A stretch of DNA of 64,000 nucleotides from Podarcis filfolensis (Eukaryota). Where the stretch lies: NCBI GenBank assembly GCA_964270895.1, contig OZ185436.1, one strand, 5' to 3'. The first letter of the stretch is position 1. Each line of letters opens with the position of its first letter. The position numbers and the translations under genes are program-made. The notes beneath the pieces were generated by a model that had not been told where the DNA came from, did no database searches, and saw nothing but the letters and a program-made list of their open reading frames with translations. Positions 12,465-24,449 of this stretch are shown here, piece by piece.

Positions 12465-13132
12465 ATTCACATTCCAAGTGTGTATACTCACATACAGAGG
12501 CACTGACTTGGGCCCCAGAATGGAAGATGGCAGGAAGCCCAAGTACGTGCTCCATGGGAAGCAGGCTTCAGGCACCAGGCCTGTTGGCAGACCAACTCTG
12601 CATTACAGAGATGGCTGTAAAAAATGGCTGGTAACATTAACTCAGCTGTGCCCAGAGACAATCAGTCAGGGTTGTGTATCCACAGCGGTGACCAGAGAAT
12701 AAATGACTGCTAGAGGGAGCACAGAAAGAGTGAAGAAAGTCATGGTGCATCTGTAAGAGCAAAACCAGTTACAGTCGTACCTTGGTTTTTGAAGAAGCTT
12801 AGTTCACAAACAACTTGGAACTCGAACGTCGCAAACCCGGAAGTAGGTCTTCCGGTTTGCGAACTTTGCCCCGGAAGCCAAATGCTCCTGCAGTCAATCA
12901 GAAGCTGCACCTTGGTTTCCGAATGTTTCAGAAGTTGAACGGACTTCCGGAATGCATTCTGTTCGAAAACCAAGGTACGGCTGTACCTTCATCTGCCCCA
13001 GCTGCAACAGAACATGTCTCTCCCATATTGGTCTCTACAGCCACAGCAGGCACTGTAACTCTACAATTGTTTGACTTTAGCCCTGACGGCACACTCTTCC
13101 ACTGTCTCCTAAGACAGGCGGATGCCAACCAA
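12465..13132 (+). mobile_element. RTE-clade LINE 3' fragment (ORF C-terminus + 3' UTR), interrupted by a MITE
   Basis: Decayed frame RMEDGRKPKYVLHGKQASGTRPVGRPTLHYRDGCK fits the RTE motif RMxDxRxPKxxLYGELxxGxRxxGRP. A C2H2-like remnant follows the MITE (CPSCNRTCLSHIGLYSHSRHC). Ends gatgccaaccaa. Confidence 0.8.
12772..12983. mobile_element. Tigger/pogo-like MITE nested in the RTE LINE
   Basis: TIRs cagtcgtaccttggtttt / aaaaccaaggtacggctg; TA TSD at 12770-71 and 12984-85. Confidence 0.85.
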
Positions 13133-16100
13133 TGTTTTAGGGTGAAACCTTCCAAAGAGAGCTTCCAGCATACATATTCACAATATAAAATCAATACATT
13201 GGCGGGGGGGACTATTGGGCACATTTGGAACTTTGATAAAGTGCTGTGGGTCAAAAAATGGGTGCCTGGGGTGTGTATGTGACATAACACAAAATGGCTA
13301 CTGCATCTAAAAGAACAAAGAGACAGGGCCACAAAATGGTATCTGCATCTCCACAGTCACTGGGACAAAAGGCACCTACACCAGAAGTAGAAACAAAGAA
13401 CGCTCACTCACACTTCCTATTTTCGTACTTTTGTATAATGCATGAAGCCACTTTTAATACCAGAGTTTAACTTTGGTTATAAATCAGGCTGAATGTATTT
13501 TTGTAACAGAAATGTATGTGCAGAAAAAGTTACTAGCTACAGTGATAAGTAATAATGATAATAGCAACTGTAATAGAAACAACCAAGAAATTAATGTGCC
13601 AAAGACAGATGCAGGAATTCACAGGAAATCAGCTATTACCGTACCAGTTTAATTTGTTTGGTTATTATGCTTTACACGGCTTCATTTTTATTTAAAACAT
13701 ACAGGAAGTTTTTAATGCAATTTCTGAAGCTCACTGTGGTGCACTTTTCCCTGAACATTTATGATGTTCCCACAAGTCTACATCCAAAAAACTATTATAA
13801 GATTAAATGGAACCAGGTGGGAAATTTAAGATAGTAACGATATTGCAGGGAGCAAAGACAATATGTAAATATCACTGCAGTTTCTCTGACATTAAATTAA
13901 ACTAGGAAGGAAAATGAAATCAGCAGCAGTATGAGATACTGAATTAATTTTCCTTCAAATATTAAAAGTAATGAATCTTCTGCTCATTTTTGGATTGTTA
14001 AAGCTACCTTAATACTAAATAGGTTACTTTTACTGTGTTACTTAATTCATTTTAATACTGTAATGCTCCTCTGATCATCAAACAATGACATAATCAAATG
14101 ACGATAATGCAGAGAAATGCTACTGGAAATGGTATATGCAAAAGGAAGTTGTGGATTTAGATCCTGAAGCTGAATCTCTATGAGAAGCTCAGGTTTCATT
14201 GCAGTTTCCAGTTAAGGTGTATTGCTTGCAGCTGTCTTAGCGACAAAGTTGACAACAGGGGGACTGAATTTAGAAGGGCACATTCATCTTTTCTTATGGG
14301 CCGAGAGGAAAGAGGGAATTTGTACATAGGTCATCTCATCCTTCCCGAATAACTGGGTAGTCCTATGTGACTAGGCAAAGCACTAAACACCTTAGAACCG
14401 AATTACCTTAAGAACCATCTGATTCCTTATGCTCCACCTTAATCACTGAAATTCTCTGATGGGCACTTCTGATGGTTCCCCGAGACTGGAAGACAGGACG
14501 CAGCAGACTGAACATACAGGGATAGCCCTGACTCTCCTTCCATAAAGTTAGCGTCAGCACGGGGCTTTAAGGATCCCTTGGAATAACTGCCCCGGGTTCT
14601 GCAGCCATTATGTTGGAAATCACTGTCTTAAACAAAAAGGTTATGACAACTGGAATAATGTGGTAGACTAACTAGAGGGTTGGTCACCTAACAAACCAAA
14701 TCCCTCCCAACACCATTGTCTCATCCATGCACCAAAACTACACAGCTGTACTGTACTTGACTAGCTTTTCCTGAGCATGAAACAGTTCTGTTTCTCTTAA
14801 ACTGGGCCTAAAAGAGGAACAAATATTAAAGATAATATGTGGCACAACTAATTATTCTAAACTATTTTTCTATACTAGAACTAATAAAAAGTGAAGAATG
14901 TTATAAATCTATCCTAAATTAACTGTAGCATTCTTCTCTTCTCTTTTCTGCTATTACAAATAGTATCTCAATTAATCTGTTTCCCTCAAGCCTGTACAGA
15001 TTCCCCCAAAATGTATTGTTAGCTTATAAGAGTTAGAAATAACAAATGCCTGACACCTTATTGGACTGCAGAAATCCTTCAGAATGTGTACAGACTTTCA
15101 TTAATCATGTACACTTGAGCAGCAAGCAGTTCAGCAATTGCTGAGTATGCTGGATTTGAGATTTCTAACAACTCCTGCCCACTGTCTGCGGTCACTCTGC
15201 AGGAAGGAAACCCAGCAATCTACCACAGAGAAGTAATGTAGAACCAACCTTGACTGAAAGGATAGGCTACAACTGTAATTAGGGAACCTTGTTTTTGTGA
15301 CTAGTGAAATTAGCACCCGTTTATATATGTCATACACATGAACCCTTGTTGACATCTTGAGGATAGGGAAATGTATCTGCTAATCAAAACATGTAATTAT
15401 GTCCTATGAAGCTGAAGTAACACACTGAGCCCTTGAATATTGTGGTGTTAATGAACAGGGAAATTCATTTATCCAATCACCTCAAGCCGTCCTTTCATGC
15501 TGTTTCCCTGATCTCCATACCAACAGAGATTAGGAGAAAGCGAAAGCTGTTGTATATCAACAGAAGGACAGTGAATGTACTCTCAAATATCATTCATTAA
15601 ATACCCATCTATTAAGAGAGAGGCTATTTTCTTCTGACAAATAAGATAAAATAATAAATGAATTAATGAGATGCAGGGTATATAAAATGTAGCATGTTAA
15701 GTCATCTCCCATTAGGATTGCTAGTGACATCAAGTCATATTTAGGCAGTTAACTAGTAATATGCTAACTGTTATAGAGTGTAAATTAAGAAGTTACTTCT
15801 GCATTTCTTTACTTCATCTATTCTTCCTTTTTCTTTTTTTCTTTTTGAAAGGAAATAAATGGTTTGGAGCTAAAGTGACTAGGTTTGATAGAGAAAGTAC
15901 AGCTGTACCCTGAAATAACATGTGCCATGGCAATCTGACTTAGCTGATAAATCATGAAACACTGAACCCACTAGATGGATAAGAAGCTTGGTTCAGGATG
16001 GAAGTACTATTAAAATGCATGTCAAGGCCCATTACATCAACTATTGTAATTAGTGAATAAGGATACACAGGTGGTGGTTGGGCTACTTAATAGCACCAAA

Positions 16101-17298
16101 TAATGGCTGTGCATTTCTGTTCTACACTTTCTGTCACTGTGTCTGATCAGTGACAACATGGGCAACAACATTCTGAGCACAAGTTCTGCCATTTCTTTTT
16201 GTCTGTCATGCCTTTAGCACATCCACTAAAAAGTAGGAAAGTCACAACTGACAGGACACTTTTTAGTGTTACTCCTCTCCTGACAACCATTCTTATGGAA
16301 ATCTTTTATGTGAGTGTTTTTTTAAAAAACGCCTTAGCTAGAAACAAGACTGAAAACAAAGGCAAACCATTTAAATGCTGATGTACAACAGGGTCAAAAC
16401 ATGTCTGCAGTGTATTAGGCTTGTACGGAAAGAATAGCAACTCCTTAGCATGCCCTACACTGAGAAACAGACTAGAAATGGCCACAAGAAACTCATTTCT
16501 TTAAATGCAAGTTTTCCTCAATCACACAGAAAGAAGGGGATTTAAAGAACTAAAAGCACCATGTGTGTGCTGAACTACCACTTCACTTCCCAGGTAATTT
16601 CCCCACCACTTCTGGAATCTGAAATGCAGTTTCTCTTTATTTTAAAATTACTTCCCCCACCCCCAGCTTTAATCATGCTTGGCCCCATTCTGCAGTTATG
16701 TACACCTATGTCAGCACACATCTAGTGACTTCATTTTAGAGAGACAATTCTGCCACACCAGTGTCTAATTTAAACACTGCTCAAGTGTTTAACACATTTA
16801 GACACATATCAAGTAGAATCAATATGGATACACCATTCAACATTTGAGACAGCATGCAGCATTCAGAGTAAGCAGAGTAAGCATTCAGAGTTATCATAAA
16901 GGACTGTTTTCCAAATACAAGAAAATTTCAAAGCTTTCTAAAGACAACAAGCAAGAGAGCTGCATCCTATGACCTGAGTTTTGGTGGTTTATTTCAGATC
17001 AGTATGTGAAACTTCAGCCCCTTTCTCTAAAATACCCTCTGCATCACAGTATCACTGATTTCAAAGTTGTGCTCCTCCTGGTTAGCAGCCCAGTCCCAAC
17101 TCGTCACAGAACCTGTGTGAAGTCCCATGCACCCACCCAACCACAATCTTCTTTTTTGGTGTCTCCTTTTGCCAGCATTCTTCCTTTCTTGGCACACCCT
17201 CTCCCTTCTTTCAGTCCACAGCTGCTTCTGTCCTCTCTCTCTTTCCTTGCATAACAGCCTGCAGTTTCCTATGCCCTTAAAGACAGATGTGTCAAATA

Positions 17299-17549
17299 CA
17301 GTGGTACCTTGTTAGTCGAATGGCTTCGCTCCTGAACAAATCGGCTCCCAAACGCCACAAACCTGGGATTGTGTGTTCTGGTTTGTGAATATTTTTTGGA
17401 CGCCGAATGTCCAAAGTGGCTTCTATGCCTTCCGACTGAGTGCAGAAAGCTCCTGCAGCCCATAGGAAGCCGTGCCTTGGTTTTCAAACTGTTTCAGGAG
17501 TCAAACGGACTCCTGTAACAGATTAAGTTCAAGAACCAAGGTACCACTG
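17299..17549. mobile_element. Tigger/pogo-like MITE
   Basis: cagtggtaccttg...caaggtaccactg, TA on both sides. Confidence 0.85.
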
Positions 17550-18224
17550 TATAAGATGCAAATAGTAATCAGGAGTCACCAATGTGGCTCACCATGTGTA
17601 GGGGAAATCCATCCCCTATAAGGAGTAACAGTGTAGGTCTCTGAAAATTTAGTGTGTAAAGGAGGCAAGTGTACTGTCAGTGAAACAGAGAAACTGTTAG
17701 TATATATTTAAATAATAATGGGTATTGGTTCTTACTTTTAGGTATCTAGGGATGTGATCCTGTCCCAAATAAATGTATTTTGACATATTTATAGCTTCAC
17801 CTACTAACCAAAGTTCTTGAGGCAGCACACATTGGGAGGCATTCGCTTAACAAGTCTAATCAGTGGAAGCCCTGAACAAGGTCTTCCACTTGTACAAGTG
17901 GGGCTTTCCCCCTTCCACCAGGAGACTAAGGAGAACCTCCAGAACAGGTGCAGAGGGGGGAGAGTGGGGTTGCTCCTTCTGGCAACCTGAAAAAACTGCA
18001 ACTTAGCACAACAGTGAATTCCGCCCATTACACTTAAACCAATAAAATAGACAATAGTACAAGTCAGATCAGGAAAGGTGCCACTAGTGCAAGGGAAAAC
18101 CAGCATGGCTAACAAACAAGAGCCAAAAATGCAATCAGAGGGAAGATAACTTCCTTCAGAAAGTGGAAGTCTTGTCCAAATGAAGAGAACAAAAAAGAGC
18201 ACAGATGCAAAGGGAAACTAAAAA

Positions 18225-18482
18225 ATAAATTATGGAATCTGGCTCCACAAACTTGGATGGCTTTAAAAAAGGAATAGACAAACTCATGCAGGACAATTTA
18301 ATGTCTACCAGCCATGAAGCCTATGTTGTGTCTCCACTGAAAGAGACCTCAGAGTCACAAGTGAGAATCGCACTCAGGGTTTGTTTATGGGCTTCCCATA
18401 GGCATCTGGTGGCTACAGTAAGAACAGGCTGATGGACCATTAGTGCCTTTGTCCTGATCCAGCATGGTTCTTCTTATGTTCT
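18225..18482 (+). mobile_element. CR1 LINE 3' end
   Basis: acttggatggctttaaaaaaggaatagacaaactcatg...ctgatccagcatggttcttcttatgttct is the typical squamate CR1 terminus. Confidence 0.8.
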
Positions 18483-19493
18483 AGTTACTACAGCAGGACA
18501 AATGTATATATAAATTTGCCCCCAGTCCTGAGATGTTCTAGCTGCCAGTCTGGTCAATAACTGACTGCTGAAGCAACCATACATTCGTTCCTCATAAGCC
18601 AGGGCTTCTGCTTCTTATGCCCTTCTGGTTCTGGTGGCAAATGTATCTGAGATCCTGGGGGAGCAAAGGTGTCAGAAGCCTCCCTCCCGGTCCTCAGATA
18701 TTCCAACTGCTGTGAGGAAGGAGTTCGGGGAAGATAATCACTGACAGGAAGGCAAGGAGGCACTAGTCACAATTGTCATATTTTAACAGTCAAGAAGGCA
18801 TGCATTCCAGTATGCAGCCTCCTAACAATTTTTAAACTTATTTTAAAAGAAGTAGCAAAAATGAAATAGTACTGCTGTTGTGGGAGCGTTCCTCCACGAA
18901 AGCTCAGCTTCATGCAGCAACACCTGCTGGGCTTAGAGAATGAATGAGCAGCAGGAATTTTATTCAAGTGAGAGGAGGTGAATGAGAGAGGACATGACAC
19001 ATTTTTTGGTGAGTGGGTCAAAGTACAAGAGGAATATTTAAGCACCCCCATACACCACATTTACTTCAAGCATTCATGCCGTGAAAATGAAATAGTCTCA
19101 GGAGTCCGTCTCATGAAATCATTTCCTTTGTAAGACAAGGGTCAGAGAGATCAAAGAATTAGAGACACATCCATTTCTTTGACTACTTTTTACAAATATG
19201 TTTCAGAATGTATAAATTTACTTTAGTGTTTTTTAATTAAAAACATGGTGCAGTTGGTGGAGGAATACTTTTCAAACAGATAATGAGGAAGAGTGAGTAG
19301 GAAATAGAGAAAGAGAAGGCCTTCCACACTGTCACAAACCCTATCATAAATCTAGTTAGTTTACAGATTTCTACTACAATTGAACTAGAAGTTTCAGAAA
19401 ACACTACAAGCCAGTACTTGAGAAGTCCAGACAAAACAAAGGAAACAGAGGACTCTAATGGTTCAGCATATGGAATAAGCAAATGAATAAATA

Positions 19494-19725
19494 CAGTGGT
19501 ACCTCGGGTTACAGATGCTTCAGGTTATAGACGCTTCAGGTTACAGACTCCGCTAACCCAGAAATAGTACCTCAGGTTAAGAACTTTGCTTCAGGGTGAG
19601 AACAGAAATCGCGTGGCATCTGCGCAGCGGCCCCATTAGCTAAACTGGTACCTCAGGTCAAGAGCAGTTTCAGGTTAAGAATGGACCTCCGGAACGAATT
19701 AAGTTCTTAACCCAAGCTACCACTG
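19494..19725. mobile_element. Tigger/pogo-like MITE (cttcaggttacaga subfamily)
   Basis: TIRs cagtggtacctcgggtta / ttaacccaagctaccactg; TA TSD. Confidence 0.9.
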
Positions 19726-21327
19726 TACTGTCAATAAAAAGGCTGGTGCAGAATAAAAATTATGAGTGTAACCTATGGCCATCTACTTAATGGGGCACTT
19801 AAGCTTGACACACATTTCGTAAATGTATCTTAAAATTTTCCCTAGCCAAATGAACATTTCACTAGCCATGTTCAAAGAGTTAACCTGATCACGGGTGGAT
19901 TATATATGTGTAGGGAGTCAGGTGCGCACCCACACCATACCTACTCTCAGTGTCCACTGCACACTGTCCTCCCCTCCGTCGAGTGTCTAATACAAATACC
20001 TGAACTGTATTCAGCTGAATGCAGATAGATATCTCATCAAGAACAAGAACTCTGATAATAGTAGGTTTCTGATAGTGCAGAAGATTGTAAACATATTCAG
20101 CTGCCCCCTTCAGACTTTCATGCTAAACATGTAACAGCCAGGGTTGTGGTGAGGGAGAGGGGCAGTGGACAAGGGACACTGGGAATGGCACATGCACCCA
20201 GCCACATCTAGTCTACCCATGAGCAGGCTAAATGCCTATCCAGGGCTACTGTCTTCATAGAAACTGTTCTCTTTTTCAACATTTGTGAACTTTCTAACCA
20301 TACAAACATCGTGGCAAGTAAGCCAGAGAGATGTGGCAGGTGGTACTATTGTACCATCCTATCTTCACATTTACAGTATGTTTTAGCTTCAGTGGAGAAT
20401 AATATAATTGGCGCATACACACACGCACACGCACACTTTTGGGTCTTTTTACCCTTTAGCTTATTTTGACTTTTTTTAGTACAATAGTGGTTATTGAGCT
20501 ATGCATGCCAAATTCACAAAAAACTCAATTCATATCATTAGCTGTCACTAATTATTGTAAACATGAGTAAGTCCAAATAATAATTAAGGGGGGGGGGATA
20601 TTGTACAGAAATGACTAAGCATCCTGTTAACCTATGTTTAATTATTGAAGCAAACAGTTAGCAAGAGGACTGCTGCATAAATCTGTTTGCACATGGATTC
20701 ATACGCGTGTATTATAATTACTCACAGCTGTTGGACTTTTAAAACCATATTAGGATTCTAATTGAAAAACTTTCACACTGACATACATCTATCTGCCAAT
20801 AGCAAGTGCAGGCTTTAAATCAAAAGCTTTGAATTTCCATTACAGATCTTCTATGTTATGATTCAATCAAACATGAACTTGAGAACTTCTTGATTAGACA
20901 AAACAGAGTATATTTTCACAAAATAACCAACAGGATTGGGGACAATACATCATAACACAAAAATATGAGCAGAAGGATTTTCTTAATGGAGGTGCTTATT
21001 AGGTAGGAATGTTTATTGCTTACACACAGTTTTCCTGAACTCATAAGCAGATTCCAAGTACATGTTTACAAATAACACATATTACACACACACAAACACA
21101 CAATCATAAAACATATATCCCAATAAACTAATGTGGCTTTCACTTGGAGTACATTTGTGGTTGAGGTCCAATAATTGTTATAACCCACAAAAACTAAATA
21201 TCACACTTGACATATCAAGTAGATTGCAGAAGAACAAGAATACATATCTTTTTTTTCTCACCGTTTGAAAATCTGGTAATGTGGTTTGTAGTATACAAAA
21301 GTTCATGCCATTAAAATAACATGGTCT

Positions 21328-21515
21328 TAAAGGTAAAGGGACCCCTGACCGTTAGGTCGTCGCGGACGACTCTGGGGTTGCGGCGCTCATCTTGCTTTAT
21401 TGGCCGAGGGAGCCAGTGTACAGCTTCCGGGTCATGTGGCCAGCATGACTAAGCCGCTTCTGTCGAACCAGAGCAGCGCACGGAAATGCCGTTTACCTTC
21501 CCGCCGGAGTGGTAC
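21328..21515 (-). mobile_element. Sauria SINE, 5'-truncated, young (CpGs retained)
   Basis: Reverse complement of the Sauria SINE 3' half including the (acctttac)-type tail: taaaggtaaagggacccctgacc...gtcatgtggccagcatgactaagccgc. Confidence 0.9.
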
Positions 21516-23535
21516 GTAAGCTGGGGAGGCATTAGCTAAGCTTTGGGAAGGAGGCGGGAGGACTCAGGCACCCTGCCAGTCCTCTCACACCTCCTTTCTA
21601 AAACCCAGCACCTCACTTACCTGGCTTGGGGAAAGCAGTGCGAGGGCTGTGACAGGGGCATCAAATGCTGTGGAAGGCCACCCAAAAAGGCCTTGAGGGC
21701 TAAAGATTACATTAGAATGTGAAGGATTAGTGCTGTGTGTCTTTGGCCAGGTTCTCTACAAGGCTTGTCTCTGCTAGTTATATTTACAATTAATCTTAAC
21801 TGAATTGACTGAATTAATAGTCTAAGCTTGCACAATGTATTACAAATCTTTTCTTGGTTGGCAATATGGAAGAAACAAGATATAGCAAGCTGTGAAATTT
21901 TGGGAGATTGCAGCATGTGTTCAGGAGTGTTAGAAAGCATACAAAGTGTTATAACCAGTCTGAGAACATTGCATAAACAAAATTGACTACATATGAGAAA
22001 GAAAGGCGTGTGTGCAAAATAAGCCTAAAACGCATGCAATAATAGAACTATACTCTCCAACTGTTGCTATTTAAGATGAATCATCTCACTTTCATTTTCT
22101 GTGTCTGGTTTTGCACAAAAACAATTTTTTTAGTGAAAGAAAGGAACCACTTGGAGTTTAAGAACATTTGCATATATATAGTGCCTTGCCCCATCACCTT
22201 TTCCTGCTTATTGCCACAAGTTAGATAATTGATCCTCTTTCCAGATCCATATACTAAAGCACAGACAGCTGGCAAACACAGCTATGTGAAGGGATGCTTC
22301 TCTGAAGTGATCAATGTTGAGACACTTGCCAGGCAATATGACTATAATTAAATGTCCATCCCTTTAAATATGTTAGGTCTCTGCATATCAATAGATACTA
22401 CCTTTGTTAGGTATTTGAATTTTAGAACTTAGGCTCAATCAGGGCCAGTCTGGCACCTGAGGCAAACCACAAATTGGTTTGTGTTACCCACCAGAGAAGA
22501 AAGGGAGAGTCAAGAACTACATCAGGAAAAATGAGGGAGATAAAGATAAACAATGGGAAGATGTGCTTTGGATTTTAGAAATCTATATTGCATTTGTTCA
22601 ATAGACAATGTATATAGCTAGCATAGTTTCCACACAAATCCCAAAAATGAGTTCATAAATCTATGTCCTGGTGGGGTTTGCTACTGGTAAAAACATGTAA
22701 TTTAATACACTGCAGCCTTTCTTTCTTTATGTTTTGTCCATATCCTCAATTGCCACCAATTACTGTAGCTTCACAAAAATACACACACAAGCACATAAAG
22801 AGGTCTGCCAAACAAATCCCTCTAGCGCCAGTGTCACAGCTATACTTCAGACAAACCAACAGGGCATCTGTAAACTTTACTGCAACTACCTTCTCCCAGA
22901 GGAATGAAAATGTCACTTTAACAACTGTAGTCCCTTCTGAGTTAACTGTAGGTCTGTATACCCCACTCTGATCTCTAAATCAACTTGTCTGTTTGGCAGA
23001 CAGTTCTGCCTACCACATTCACAGCTGCCAAATAATTCCAATGCAATGTTAATATTTAAATCTTCCTTCTGAATATTTTATTATCTATATTCATAATTTC
23101 TAACTCCACAAAAGTATCAAATATTATGTGCGCATTCACAAAGCTCTTATAAATGACAAGATACTTGCATAACATGTTGCCTTAATTTGTTATGAACGTT
23201 GCCATCTGATTTTTGTGTGTATGTGTGTGTGTAACATTTTAATAAATATTACTTACGAAGGCAAATTCACAGCTGTTAATTATTATCATGTTTCTCCCCA
23301 CTAGATTTGTTAAGTTTTGTGCAAATGATCAAAGCAAAGCTATTCATAAATGTCATCATAATGTATATTTAAACATGCCTGTTTGAAATTTGCTATATTC
23401 CAAATTTGTGATATATAAATCCCTGAGAATGTTACATTTTAAGTCTACTTTCAGTCATTGTTATGCTCATCCTGTTGCATCTGAAGTCTTTGGTTCAGCA
23501 GGGACATCTCGATTCAGAATGAAATTTGCTATTAC

Positions 23536-23690
23536 CTGTAAAGCATGAACAATGTGTTTCTGGGTCAGTGCCATACACAGAACCATTCTCTAGAGCAGAT
23601 ATCTGCAGGGAAGCTTCTTGGCAAGCAGTGAACTCATAATCAGAATGCAGGACTACAGAGATTCCGGCCAAAGCAGCAGAACTCCCCTTT
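23536..23690 (-). other. Candidate 155-nt cassette exon (open in the phase 2 to phase 1 frame)
   Basis: Acceptor tttgttatttttag| and donor CAG|gtaata. The stop-free frame is the same as the 23495-23707 ORF in the track. Confidence 0.25.
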
Positions 23691-24198
23691 CTAAAAATAA
23701 CAAACACATCTGACTACAAGAGCCAAGTACCTGGTATGCAGTGGGAATAACAGACAGAACAGGAGACACAGTTCACTTCTTTTGTTGAAGGGGTGGCTTT
23801 TACTGCCAAAGATTAAGACTAGTACTTCCTAGACCTACTTCTATGCATGTAGCTTCTAAGGGCAGCTGATAAACGGCAAAACATAGGAAGGCCTACCCCA
23901 ATATTTTCCACATTTGCCTACCTAAACAGTAGGGTTTTTTTGTTTTTTTATTAAATATAATTTTTTATTAATTTACAACAAAAACAAAAACACACAATAA
24001 TTTCACATCCAATTTTTCACAAAGTATTTCTTTTCTGGACTAAACAGTAGGGTTGATATATCTGTCTCAGACAAAAGATGCATGTACAACATGCAAATGA
24101 CCTTTGTTATCGTGTGAAGAATTGGCTGTGATAACCAGCATAAACGAATCTGATGAGGAATGCAAAGCAATTGAAACAACAATCTAGAAGGTCAATAG

Positions 24199-24449
24199 CA
24201 GGGGTCAGCAACCTTTCCAGCCGTGGGCCGGTCCACCGTCCCTCAGACCATGTGGTGGACCGGACTATCTTTTGGGGGAAAAAATATGAACAAATTTCCA
24301 TGCCATACAAATAACTCAGAGACGCATTTTAAATAAAAGGACACGTTCTACTCATGTAAAAACACGCTGGTTCCTGGACCGTCTGCGGGCTGGAATTAGA
24401 AGGTGGTTGGGCTGGATCTGGCCCCCGGGCCTTAGTCTGCCTACCCCTG
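24199..24449. mobile_element. hAT (Charlie-like) MITE
   Basis: TIRs caggggtcagcaa / ctgcctacccctg; 8-bp TSD gtcaatag (24191-98) / gtcaaaag (24450-57). Confidence 0.85.

Noticed and set aside
12704-12722. CTCF-like ctgctagagggagcac
   Set aside because: Weaker match that arises within decayed RTE coding sequence.
12815-13332. 155-aa and 134-aa overlapping ORFs, the longest in the track
   Set aside because: Chimeras of MITE and decayed RTE sequence.
17804-18202. 132-aa minus ORF
   Set aside because: No recognisable domain, no ATG/splice architecture; it sits among repeat remnants.
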